A stretch of DNA of 30,184 nucleotides from a virus. Taxonomy: Duplodnaviria; Caudoviricetes. Below the pieces are notes generated by a model that ran no database searches, was not told the origin of the DNA, and was given only the letters and a program-made list of their open reading frames with translations. Below, piece by piece: positions 9,112-17,253 of this stretch; the stretch's first letter is position 1; every line of letters begins with the position of its first letter. The stretch is from positions 1 to 30,184 of the IMG/VR virus record IMGVR_UViG_3300037482_000373. One strand, 5' to 3'. Both the position numbers and the translations under genes were made by a program.

Positions 9112-9636
9112 TCAGCTCCTCACCAGTTTCATGTTCATCGGACTTCCTTTCAGCAGCGGCGCCAGCAGCGCATCCAGCTCGCGGTAGCGCACACTCTCGG
9201 GAGAATTCTGATCGTAGGTCACCGAGATCGGACCGACGGTCTCTGCCGAGGCCGCGCGCTCCAGATCCGGCGCGAGTGCGGCAACGGTGGAACGCAACGC
9301 GAATTCCGCGCAAGCGTCGCGTACCTCCTTCGGCACGACGTTGTTCTCCACCACTGTGGCGTAGCCGTAGGCGTAGGGGCCATCGTCGAGCACTACGTTC
9401 ATGCGCGGCCAGTCCAGCGGCTGCACGGAGGAGGTGCGATAGCCCTTCCAGCGCGCTCGATACATGCGCACCATGTAATCGGTCGCCTTGCGGAGCGCTG
9501 GCTCTTTGGCATCAACATCGTCAAGCAACTCCCATGCCGTATTGCCGCGTGCCAAGTGGTAAGCGTTCGCCTGCGCAACGGTGGCGTAGCTCTCCGCCCC
9601 CACAACAATTGTGCCGTCTTCAACGATGAGCGACAT
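9112..9636 (-). CDS. Head-tail connector/adaptor (family often labelled DnaT-like)
   Basis: 174 aa: MSLIVEDGT...AESYATVAQANAYH..RG...WKGYR....QPLDWPR...VPKEVRDACAEFALR...ETVGPISVTY. Confidence 0.85.
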   Translation of the reverse strand: MSLIVEDGTIVVGAESYATVAQANAYHLARGNTAWELLDDVDAKEPALRKATDYMVRMYRARWKGYRTSSVQPLDWPRMNVVLDDGPYAYGYATVVENNVVPKEVRDACAEFALRSTVAALAPDLERAASAETVGPISVTYDQNSPESVRYRELDALLAPLLKGSPMNMKLVRS

Positions 9637-9639
9637 GCG

Positions 9640-9963
9640 CTACCTCTCAACCATTTTGAGGTACACCGTCCGGTCGTCCACGCGCGGAGTCGCACCAGTC
9701 GTTGTAATGCGGCAAGTAACAGGATATTTCTGGTTTAGGGTGATAGTCTGCCCAACGGCTACCTTGATGAATGCAGTTACGATTCCTGCAGCCTCCGAGC
9801 TACCGACAACTTGAAGTTGCACAGGGACGATGATTTCGTGAGAAGCGTGTGCGGCTCCGATCTCCGCCAGCCAAGCGCTCCAGTCGAACGGAATGTCGAG
9901 CGTAGCGTTAGGGTCAAACAAACCCCAAGGCTTCAGAGGATTGTCAACGTTCCAGAATGACAT
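9640..9963 (-). CDS. Putative virion structural/adaptor protein
   Basis: 107 aa, DPNATLDIPFDWSAWL...YPVTCRITT...RVDDRTVYL. Follows the large fibre-like gene. Confidence 0.65.
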   Translation of the reverse strand: MSFWNVDNPLKPWGLFDPNATLDIPFDWSAWLAEIGAAHASHEIIVPVQLQVVGSSEAAGIVTAFIKVAVGQTITLNQKYPVTCRITTTGATPRVDDRTVYLKMVER

Positions 9964-9966
9964 CGC

Positions 9967-12942
9967 TCAGCCCCCTACCGTCTGTTCACGGTTTTCGTCG
10001 ACGATCAGAACTGCACGATCTTCTGCTTCGACCAGATATACCCGCCCATCGGCCGCAACAGCATAGAGCCGCCCTTCAGCCGCGATCTGGTAAAGCCTGA
10101 ATTCAGAAGTATCCGCCGGTGGAATGAAGAGCGCGATCGCATGCGCGAGGTCAACCTCGAACGCTTGTCCTATGCCAACCGTCTTACCGATGGGGAATGC
10201 AGCATTGGCTTCCGAGACCGTTGCGACAACGCGCAACTTGCCAGTGGCAACCGCTTGAGCAAAAGAAAACTCCTCCGCCTGCGAGAGCGCGCGCACCTTG
10301 GCCTTGCCCACAGCCTGCGCGACGTCCACCTCTGAGACAATTCCCAGCAGCCAGAGCTTAGAGGGCAAGATAGATTGTACCGCGTCTACCTCCGCCGCCT
10401 GACCGATGGAACGCGCCTTAGCAACGGCGACCGCAGGCGCGATATCGAATTCCTGCGCCGGATTCACCACCGGAGTCGGGCCAGTGAAAGTGACTGTCTG
10501 CGACAGATCGATCTCCGCCGCCTGTGCCACGGCACGCGCCTTGCTTGCAGCCACGGCCTGCGCCAGGTCAGTCTCCGCCGCCTGAGCGATTGGCACTGTG
10601 CGAAGTGCGGTAACGCTCTGCGCCGCGTCTGTTTCTACGGACTGACCGACTGCAACAATTTTGCCTGCTGAGGCACTCTGTGCCAAATTCGTTTCCGTCG
10701 CCTGCACCACAGTCTGCGCCTTGACACGGCTAATTGCTTGCGCCGCGTCGGTCTCTATCGCCTGTGCCGCCAACCGGTGCTGCGGCGCCCACTCCACACT
10801 CTGTGCCACGTCCGCTTCCGCCGCCTGCGCGACGGGAACGACAGCAGGATGAGTTACGCCTTGCGCGGCGTTCGCTTCCGATGCCTGCGCGAGTGCGAGC
10901 ACCTTTCCAACAATAATTGCCTGCGCAAGATCGGTCTCACTCGCCTGTACGGCAAGGCGGTGCTGCGGCGCCCACACGATGGCCTGCGCAAGATCAGTTT
11001 CGACGATCTGTGCGACGGTGACAATGGTTGGAGAGCTAACCTCTTGCGCTGAATCGATTTCGACAAGCTGATCGAGCGCCTTCGCCTTCAGCCTTCCAAC
11101 TGTCTGCGCGAGATCGGTCTCTACTACCTGCGCAACTGCGATGGTCTGCGCTCCAGCGAACGTAACGCTGCTGGCCGCGTTGCCGAGGAGCGTTTGGTTG
11201 ACACGCCACGAGACGTGGAAGCGCGGCCCCATAAGCGGCGCCCACGTCTGGATTACGACCCCGGCAGCGCCATACATGTACTTCGTATCGCCAGCCGACC
11301 AGTTCGCACCACCATCGGTGGACTTGGTGTAGTAAACCTTGGTCGCCGTTAAAAGACTTTCAGAATCGTCGCGCTTCCCGTTATAGGCGACATAGACGCT
11401 GTCAGTATTCTGATCAATGAATACCGATGGATAAGCGATGTTTGCGATGTCCGTCGCAATCGCAGTCTTCTCCGTAATCGAGCCTGTGCCATTTACGTCG
11501 AAGGTTCGGAAATCATTGTTAACCGCGCCAATGTTAGTTATAGCAACAATGAATAGGTGCCCATCGCTGTGGCGAATCGAAGCAGAGAACGGGTACTGCC
11601 CGAACAGGTCGGCGGCGCTCTCTATGATCGAAACGATGACCGCCGACTCCGACCACGAATCTGCAGAGTTGTCGTAAGCCTTGAGCGTCAGTTCATTGGT
11701 CGAGGCGTCGAAGTAAACCGCCCAGATGTCCTGCGTGTCTGCAAGGTTTGCGGGGAACAGCATCGCCCAATCGTTAGTAACTTCAATGGGGGAGGCTCTC
11801 GAAGTCCAGTTCACTCCGCCATCAACAGAGCGGAAACAGCCACCTTCTCCACTCCCATCACGCCCAGACACGTACAAATTTCCACCGACGGCTTTGACAA
11901 TACTGATGTGCGCCCCTATGGCTGAGGTAAGGCTGGTCTCAGTAGAAACTACACGGTCTGTGCCAAGGGCATCGCCGTCCGCTATATCAACAGTGCGGTA
12001 GAAAAGATCGTCCGCCGTGGAGGTAAACCTGGTGGTGTGAATCAGCGTGCCGGTGTCGCCGGGCGTCCACCAATCAGCCCACACGTCATAAGCGATGACG
12101 GGGTCGCTGGCATTAAGATGTACAGGCGAACCCCATGAAACCCCGCCGTCCGTAGTCTTGGCATAAGCAAGAGAGGCGTTGGGCGGGTCATTGTCAATGT
12201 AGAACCGATAGCCAATGTCAGGATCGGTTGGATGCCAGACCTCTGAGCGCATCCCACGCCCAGTCGAAGTGCTTATGGTTGAATCAATAGTTACATCTGC
12301 CGCCGGATTCGTAATCGCTTGCGCGAGATCGGTCTCGGTGACCTGTCCGATCAGCAGGTTTACAGGATTCCTGACGATGGGCTGCGCCAGGTCAGTCTCA
12401 ACAGCCTGGCCCACCGTGACAATCTGCACGGCGCTCCATGGCGCGGTGTCCTCGTCGTCCGTGGTCTCCGTGCCGATGCCAACAGTGATCGCCCCGCCAT
12501 GCGCCGAGGAATTGCGCACGCGTACCTCGACCAGGTAGCGGTCGCCCGCCGCCCATGTGCCGAGATCGATGCTCTGCGCGGCGAACGTGAGCACGCCCGC
12601 GTTGGCCTGCTGCTCGGCGGTGAACGCGCCCGACGCCTGGATGGTGCCCGAGGAGTTGACGCGGTGGCGGCGCACGCTGATCTGGCCGCTGGTATTGCCT
12701 GTGATGACGCGCACTTCGGTCGCACCGAAGCTCTGCGAGCCACTGCCGCCACTCGCAGGCTCACCGGCTTCAGTGTAGAACGCGAGCGTGCGGAATTCCG
12801 CACCGCCAGAAGCGACACTGACCTGGAACTCAGTGCTTGATCCTGCAGCTCCAGCGATCAGGTCTTTGCTGAAGTCAACATTCGTCAGCCCAACGCCGGT
12901 GAGGTCGGAGTCGGTCGCTCGCTTGAGGTAGACAATGGCCAT
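9967..12942 (-). CDS. Large virion fibre/appendage-like protein with BNR (Asp-box) propeller and ~21-aa repeats
   Basis: 991 aa. Asp-boxes AKTTDGGVSW, RSVDGGVNW and KSTDGGANW. About 19 copies of a QxxE(T/V/A/I)D(L/A/V)AQx(V/I)-like motif. Confidence 0.75.
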   Translation of the reverse strand: MAIVYLKRATDSDLTGVGLTNVDFSKDLIAGAAGSSTEFQVSVASGGAEFRTLAFYTEAGEPASGGSGSQSFGATEVRVITGNTSGQISVRRHRVNSSGTIQASGAFTAEQQANAGVLTFAAQSIDLGTWAAGDRYLVEVRVRNSSAHGGAITVGIGTETTDDEDTAPWSAVQIVTVGQAVETDLAQPIVRNPVNLLIGQVTETDLAQAITNPAADVTIDSTISTSTGRGMRSEVWHPTDPDIGYRFYIDNDPPNASLAYAKTTDGGVSWGSPVHLNASDPVIAYDVWADWWTPGDTGTLIHTTRFTSTADDLFYRTVDIADGDALGTDRVVSTETSLTSAIGAHISIVKAVGGNLYVSGRDGSGEGGCFRSVDGGVNWTSRASPIEVTNDWAMLFPANLADTQDIWAVYFDASTNELTLKAYDNSADSWSESAVIVSIIESAADLFGQYPFSASIRHSDGHLFIVAITNIGAVNNDFRTFDVNGTGSITEKTAIATDIANIAYPSVFIDQNTDSVYVAYNGKRDDSESLLTATKVYYTKSTDGGANWSAGDTKYMYGAAGVVIQTWAPLMGPRFHVSWRVNQTLLGNAASSVTFAGAQTIAVAQVVETDLAQTVGRLKAKALDQLVEIDSAQEVSSPTIVTVAQIVETDLAQAIVWAPQHRLAVQASETDLAQAIIVGKVLALAQASEANAAQGVTHPAVVPVAQAAEADVAQSVEWAPQHRLAAQAIETDAAQAISRVKAQTVVQATETNLAQSASAGKIVAVGQSVETDAAQSVTALRTVPIAQAAETDLAQAVAASKARAVAQAAEIDLSQTVTFTGPTPVVNPAQEFDIAPAVAVAKARSIGQAAEVDAVQSILPSKLWLLGIVSEVDVAQAVGKAKVRALSQAEEFSFAQAVATGKLRVVATVSEANAAFPIGKTVGIGQAFEVDLAHAIALFIPPADTSEFRLYQIAAEGRLYAVAADGRVYLVEAEDRAVLIVDENREQTVGG

Positions 12943-12943
12943 G

Positions 12944-13219
12944 TCAGACTTCAGGGCTCACGCTGCGCGTCGCCAAGTCCACGACGCGGTGGTAGCCCTC
13001 GTCGTCCATCCACAGGCCGAGGAGAAGCCCTTCCTTCTCCCCCTCGCCCCGGTACACGTAGATGCCGTCATCGCGCGCTTCCAGCGTCTTGTACGGCGGG
13101 GCGTGGTAATACACGCGGCACTGCACGCCGAAGGGCGGCGCCTGCGCCATCGTCCCCTGGGTCGAGTCGAAGGTCGAGCCGTCGGCGTAGTAGATGCGCC
13201 ATGCCTTGATGGGCAGCAT
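12944..13219 (-). CDS. Hypothetical protein
   Basis: 91 aa. TGATG overlap with the upstream gene and 1 nt from the downstream gene. Confidence 0.7.
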   Translation of the reverse strand: MLPIKAWRIYYADGSTFDSTQGTMAQAPPFGVQCRVYYHAPPYKTLEARDDGIYVYRGEGEKEGLLLGLWMDDEGYHRVVDLATRSVSPEV

Positions 13220-13695
13220 CAGCTCGCGCGGAAGAACCCCGCTGCAGCGATCTGCGCCGTGACGTCACTGCCGTCAGGCGTGACCGCGAAGTCGTGCAGC
13301 GTCATGGGGACGATGTCAGCCATGGTCTGCGAGCCCACCGGGTCATACCCGATCACCAAGTCGGAAATCGCGCCGGTACCGTCGTTCGCCAGCCCAGTCC
13401 ACGTCTGATCGGCGATGTCAAGGTCCCAAACGTCACTGGCATCAGTCGGCGCCCAGGCGAGCATGTCAGCGTCGGCGAGCACCTTCTTGGCGTAGCCGGT
13501 GTTGGTCGCTTCGTCAGTGGTGCCCGCGACCATCGCTGCGGCAGTGTCTACGTCCTTGAGTACGGCGTCGGATTCAATGCCTGTGGCGGCGAGCAGCATC
13601 ACGACCAACTCGGAAGCCGCAGGATCGTTGTTCTTAACCCGGTTGTAGAACTCGACCGAGCGGCCGAGAGCGATGTTGAATACTTGGTTTCCCAT
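13219..13695 (-). CDS. Putative virion structural protein
   Basis: Start reassigned to ATG 13695 (RBS GGAG). 158 aa, acidic, MGNQVFNIALGRSVEFYNRV...VTPDGSDVTAQIAAAGFFRAS. Confidence 0.7.
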   Translation of the reverse strand: MGNQVFNIALGRSVEFYNRVKNNDPAASELVVMLLAATGIESDAVLKDVDTAAAMVAGTTDEATNTGYAKKVLADADMLAWAPTDASDVWDLDIADQTWTGLANDGTGAISDLVIGYDPVGSQTMADIVPMTLHDFAVTPDGSDVTAQIAAAGFFRAS

Positions 13696-13696
13696 G

Positions 13697-14113
13697 TCAG
13701 TCTCCGATCCGTTCACATTCGAAGGTCGTCGTGCCGAGATAGCCCGACGGATTCTGCGCGTCCGGGGAAGGCACGCCCGGAAAGTTCTTAGCGACGTACT
13801 CCTTGCGCGACGCATTGTTGCGGCAGTCGTCAACGCTGCGCGGGTCGCCCTCCAGCCTCGCGCCGTCGTGGCAGCAGTAGAAACCAGGCTCTCGCACGAC
13901 GCGGTACTTGGCTGAGGCGTTCACGCCGCGCACCTCGATGACATTACCGGTCATCACGATGTACCCGACACGCAGCCCTTCGTCGATCTGCTCCTGGCTG
14001 AACTTCTGACGCGGACCGGCGTAGCGCAGCTCGATTCCTGTGACGATTGCTTCACCGTGACGCCGGAGAAGCTCGCCCTTGGCGTCCCTGGCGTAAATGC
14101 GTTTCAGTTCCAT
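13697..14113 (-). CDS. Hypothetical protein
   Basis: 138 aa with RBS GGAGGAG, in the operon. Confidence 0.7.
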   Translation of the reverse strand: MELKRIYARDAKGELLRRHGEAIVTGIELRYAGPRQKFSQEQIDEGLRVGYIVMTGNVIEVRGVNASAKYRVVREPGFYCCHDGARLEGDPRSVDDCRNNASRKEYVAKNFPGVPSPDAQNPSGYLGTTTFECERIGD

Positions 14114-14158
14114 GGGTGTCTCTCCTCCGGCTGTGCCGGTCGGTGGGTTGGCTGACAG

Positions 14159-14440
14159 TTACTGCGGGACGAGCGCGAGCAAGTCGTCCTTCCTCGCGTC
14201 GGGGTCGTGCTCGATGCCGAGCGATGCCAGGTGGTCGCTGATCTCGGACTTGGTCTTCTTCGACCAATCGGCGGCGTCGGAGGTCTTGCGCTTGCTGGGC
14301 GTCCAGCGTTTGTGCATCGCTTCGTCGAAGTCGGATTCGTTGATCTCGGTGAAGCCTTGTTCGTTATTCGCCTCGACCTTCACGACGGGACAGGTGCCGT
14401 GCTCGCCCTTGGATTGGACTGCGCTGATGCTCGATTTCAT
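14159..14440 (-). CDS. Small post-capsid protein with C-terminal HeH/LEM-like helix pair
   Basis: ATG 14440 with RBS AAGGAG, 93 aa. C-terminus KTKSEISDHLASLGIEHDPDARKDDLLALV. Confidence 0.7.
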   Translation of the reverse strand: MKSSISAVQSKGEHGTCPVVKVEANNEQGFTEINESDFDEAMHKRWTPSKRKTSDAADWSKKTKSEISDHLASLGIEHDPDARKDDLLALVPQ

Positions 14441-14462
14441 GATTGCTTCTCCTTTTGCGTTG

Positions 14463-14496
14463 AAAAAAAACAAAACGGGGGCATCGCGCCCCCGTT
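14463..14496 (-). terminator. Rho-independent terminator after the major capsid gene
   Basis: AACGGGGGC-GCGAT-GCCCCCGTT followed by TTGTTTTTTTT. Confidence 0.85.
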
Positions 14497-14520
14497 CTTA
14501 GTGCTCATGCTCAGCCCGGT

Positions 14521-15849
14521 TTATCCGAGCAATCCAGCGATGTGGCGCGGGGCGATCGCCTTCACGCCCCACGCACAGGCCACCTCCCACTTCACCTGGC
14601 GGTACTGGCGGTACATCGAAACCTCGAATCCCAGCCCGCTCACCGGATCCACGACCATCGTGCGATCGTCCGCCATATCACCCGTTTCCGGCAGGGCAGG
14701 GGCGCGGGTGGTGAGGGCGATCGCCGAGCGCGAGAACGCCATCGCGCGTGGGCAAGTGGCAATCAAGGTCAGCGCCTTGGTCGCGGCCGACATCGCCACG
14801 CGCAGCCCAGGCTCGGCGATCACAACGACGCCAGGCGCGGCCAGGCCCACCGAAACGGTGTAGATGTTGGTGTCGCCCGCGAAAGTGATCGCGTCGCCGG
14901 GGAGCAGTGTGCCGGTGCCAGTGATCAGCGTGAGCGACGTGGCTCCAACGGCATAGCCCGCCGCGTCGGTAGTGTAGGCCGCAGCCGTCCCAGCCACGTG
15001 CGTCTTCACCGCTGCGGAGTTGTGGATGGCGTACCCCTCGACCATGCCCAGGATGCCCAGGCGCAAGAGGTCTGTGGTGCCCGCCTCATTCGCCTTGAAG
15101 AGCACATTCTGCTTGCCTCGCAGGTTGGCGATCGCGCCGCCCCCGAGCACGAGCTGGCGATCCGAAATGGGAGCGCCGTTGTCATCGAGGATGCGCAGCG
15201 TCTGCGCGAAATCGCTAAAGTCCGCCGCATTGCCGAACGGCACAGTCGCCGCTGCGCCGTAATAGCGACTGATGGAAACGTAGAGCGCCGCGAGGTCCAC
15301 CTCGATCTCGTTCACCGCCGCTCTGAACGCCTGCGCGAACTGATCGCGAATCACGTTCTGGAGCTGACCGCTCTGGCTGACGGCGCGCTGCTCCTCGCCA
15401 TTCCAGCGGACCGGCCAGTAGCGCGACTTGCTGATGGTCATAATCGTGTTGCCGATCACGGCGTCCCCGTCCGAGGGCGGGGTCGCGCCCGGCGTCACAT
15501 TGCCGCCAACGATCGGTGGCGCGATGAAGATGTTGACCGACTGGTTCAGCGCCGCGCGTTCCACGTTGGAGTTGCGAGAGACCGCAGGGATGAATCCGAC
15601 CATCTCGCGGCTCACCTGATCGAGCGCCTCGTAGAGAGTCGGGATGAGGTTGGTGATGGTGTTGACGCCGAGAATCATGCCCTGCCGCGCCATCCAGTTC
15701 TCCAGACGGAGGAACAAGATGTAGCCGTAGGCTTTGGCGTGGAGCTTGAGGCTGGTGGCGAAACTGCGGGTCTGATCCTTCGCATAGGCGAGCGGCGCGC
15801 TCAGCGCCACCACCACTGCGAGAACCAAGTTGAGGAAAATGCGTTTCAT
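14521..15849 (-). CDS. Major capsid protein (P22 coat-like family) with 61-aa N-terminal extension
   Basis: RBS CAGGAG. Core NTITNLIPTLYEALDQVSREMVGFIPAV...QFAQAFRAAVNEIEVDL...DPVSGLGFEVSMYRQYRQVKWEVACAWGVKAI. Follows scaffold and is followed by a terminator. Confidence 0.92.
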   Translation of the reverse strand: MKRIFLNLVLAVVVALSAPLAYAKDQTRSFATSLKLHAKAYGYILFLRLENWMARQGMILGVNTITNLIPTLYEALDQVSREMVGFIPAVSRNSNVERAALNQSVNIFIAPPIVGGNVTPGATPPSDGDAVIGNTIMTISKSRYWPVRWNGEEQRAVSQSGQLQNVIRDQFAQAFRAAVNEIEVDLAALYVSISRYYGAAATVPFGNAADFSDFAQTLRILDDNGAPISDRQLVLGGGAIANLRGKQNVLFKANEAGTTDLLRLGILGMVEGYAIHNSAAVKTHVAGTAAAYTTDAAGYAVGATSLTLITGTGTLLPGDAITFAGDTNIYTVSVGLAAPGVVVIAEPGLRVAMSAATKALTLIATCPRAMAFSRSAIALTTRAPALPETGDMADDRTMVVDPVSGLGFEVSMYRQYRQVKWEVACAWGVKAIAPRHIAGLLG

Positions 15850-15881
15850 GAATGGCTCCTGAAAAGAAGTGAATGGGAACT

Positions 15882-15976
15882 GCGACGAGCATCCCGCTCA
15901 GTCTCGCCAAGAGCCGGAGGCATCACGCCTCGCGTCTGGCCTTGCAACTCCGGCGGGGATCGCCCCCACCGGAGTT
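15882..15976 (-). promoter_or_regulatory. Structured 5' leader of the capsid gene: three hairpins with GNGAT loops
   Basis: AACTCCGGTGGGG-GCGAT-CCCCGCCGGAGTT (15946-15976), GAGGC-GTGAT-GCCTC (15917-15931) and GAGC-GGGAT-GCTC (15887-15899). Confidence 0.65.
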
Positions 15977-15996
15977 AAAACTGTCCTGAAGGATCA

Positions 15997-16025
15997 AGTA
16001 TAGGCCGAAATTATGCTTTAGGCAA
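15997..16025 (-). promoter_or_regulatory. Sigma70-like promoter for the major capsid gene
   Basis: TTGCCT (16025-16020), 17-nt spacer, TATACT (16002-15997), in the scaffold-capsid intergenic region. Confidence 0.7.
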
Positions 16026-16047
16026 ATCGGCCTATGCTCTTGAGCAA

Positions 16048-16947
16048 TCAGTCAACGATGGTGCCTTTCTCCTTCACGGTGAAATTGCTTTTTTCTTGCG
16101 GCGAGAGTTGATCGAACGCGGCACGCTTCATGGTCTTGCCCGTAGCGCCGCCGCCCTTGCCTCCACGCGCGCCGCCGCCCGAAGCGTCCGCAGGGAACCA
16201 GTGCGGAGCTTTTTCCTTCATGCTCTCCAGCCACTCCGCCGGAGAGAACGGGGTCTTGCCGTCCTTGCCGAGCACGACGGTCTGATCGTCGCCTTCGCCT
16301 TCGTATTGCACCGCGTTGCCGTCGTCGTCCAGCAAGAAGATCTGCGCCGCGCGCAGCAGCGCATCCTCCACCGCGCCCGAGTGCAGCCCCGCCTTGCCGG
16401 CAGCCTCGCGAATGTGGTTCTCCAACGCGCGATCCATGAACGTGGAGGCCACTTCCAACGCGCCGCTCTCGCGCTCCCTCGCTTCTTGGAGCTTTTTCTC
16501 GTAATCCGCTCGGAGCTTGGCGGTGCGCTTCTCCAGAATCGCCTTCAAGCCCTCGGCGCCCTTCTTGAGCAGCTCGGCTTCCTCGGCGTTGTCGAACTGG
16601 CCCATGATCTCGCGGTACTTCTCGGGGTCGATGTCCTTGTATTTTGCGGCGAGCGCTTCCATATCGCGCTTGTATTGCGCCTTGGCCTCCTTCACTGCGG
16701 AGCGCTCTTTTTCCAGCGCGCCCTTCAAGGCGGAGGTGTCCTCGAACTCAACCTTGGCACCGTCCAGCTTGAACTTCTTGGTAGTGGCGTCCTGCGCGTA
16801 CCAGGCGCGCTGCGCCTCGGGCACATCGTCGAGCGCGTCCACCTCTAACGCAAGTGCCCCGAGCACCATCCCGCTCCGCACCATATGGCGCTCGACTTGC
16901 GTCGCCAGCGCGGCTCCCACTGCCATCGCCATCTGTTTCAGTTTCAT
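16048..16947 (-). CDS. Capsid scaffolding protein with 30-aa N-terminal extension
   Basis: ATG 16947 with RBS GAGGAG, 299 aa. Charged coiled-coil, ending in EWLESMKEKAPHWFP-Gly-rich linker-MKRAAFDQLSPQEK. Directly upstream of the capsid gene. Confidence 0.88.
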   Translation of the reverse strand: MKLKQMAMAVGAALATQVERHMVRSGMVLGALALEVDALDDVPEAQRAWYAQDATTKKFKLDGAKVEFEDTSALKGALEKERSAVKEAKAQYKRDMEALAAKYKDIDPEKYREIMGQFDNAEEAELLKKGAEGLKAILEKRTAKLRADYEKKLQEARERESGALEVASTFMDRALENHIREAAGKAGLHSGAVEDALLRAAQIFLLDDDGNAVQYEGEGDDQTVVLGKDGKTPFSPAEWLESMKEKAPHWFPADASGGGARGGKGGGATGKTMKRAAFDQLSPQEKSNFTVKEKGTIVD

Positions 16948-16968
16948 TTCAGCTTCTCCTCTAATGCT

Positions 16969-17008
16969 CGGGCATCCCGCCCGTAAGGTTGCTCGCGTCA
17001 CGCGAACC
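16969..17008 (-). promoter_or_regulatory. Two GNGAY-loop hairpins upstream of the scaffold RBS
   Basis: TCGC-GTGAC-GCGA (16993-17005) and CGGGC-GGGAT-GCCCG (16969-16983). Confidence 0.55.
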
Positions 17009-17010
17009 GA

Positions 17011-17165
17011 TCAAAATTCCAACAGCACTTTTCCGCCACCTTCATCGGGACAGTGCGTCACTTTCTGAATCGTGTCCTCGCCTTGAACGAGCGTGCCTCC
17101 CCATTCATGACGGGACAATCCGATGGCATCTTCGCCAGTTCTACCATCAACTCAGCCACGTTCAT
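17011..17165 (-). pseudogene. Small hypothetical gene with a probable 1-nt frameshift
   Basis: ATG 17165 (RBS GGAGG) reads MNVAELMVELAKMPSDCPVMN. Adding one G to the G4 run at 17099-17102 gives ...GGGTLVQGEDTIQKVTHCPDEGGGKVLLEF, stopping at 17011. Confidence 0.4.
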
Positions 17166-17253
17166 TCGCGCCTCCCTTGAATGCCACGGATGAGCGTGAT
17201 GGCCAAGACGTAAGGCGCCAGCAAGATGAATGCCACCACTTGCACAGTTCGCC

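Noticed and set aside
9110-9313. N-terminal extension of the listed 8804..9313 ORF
   Set aside because: It overlaps the connector gene out of frame. ATG 9109 has an RBS and matches the leader family.
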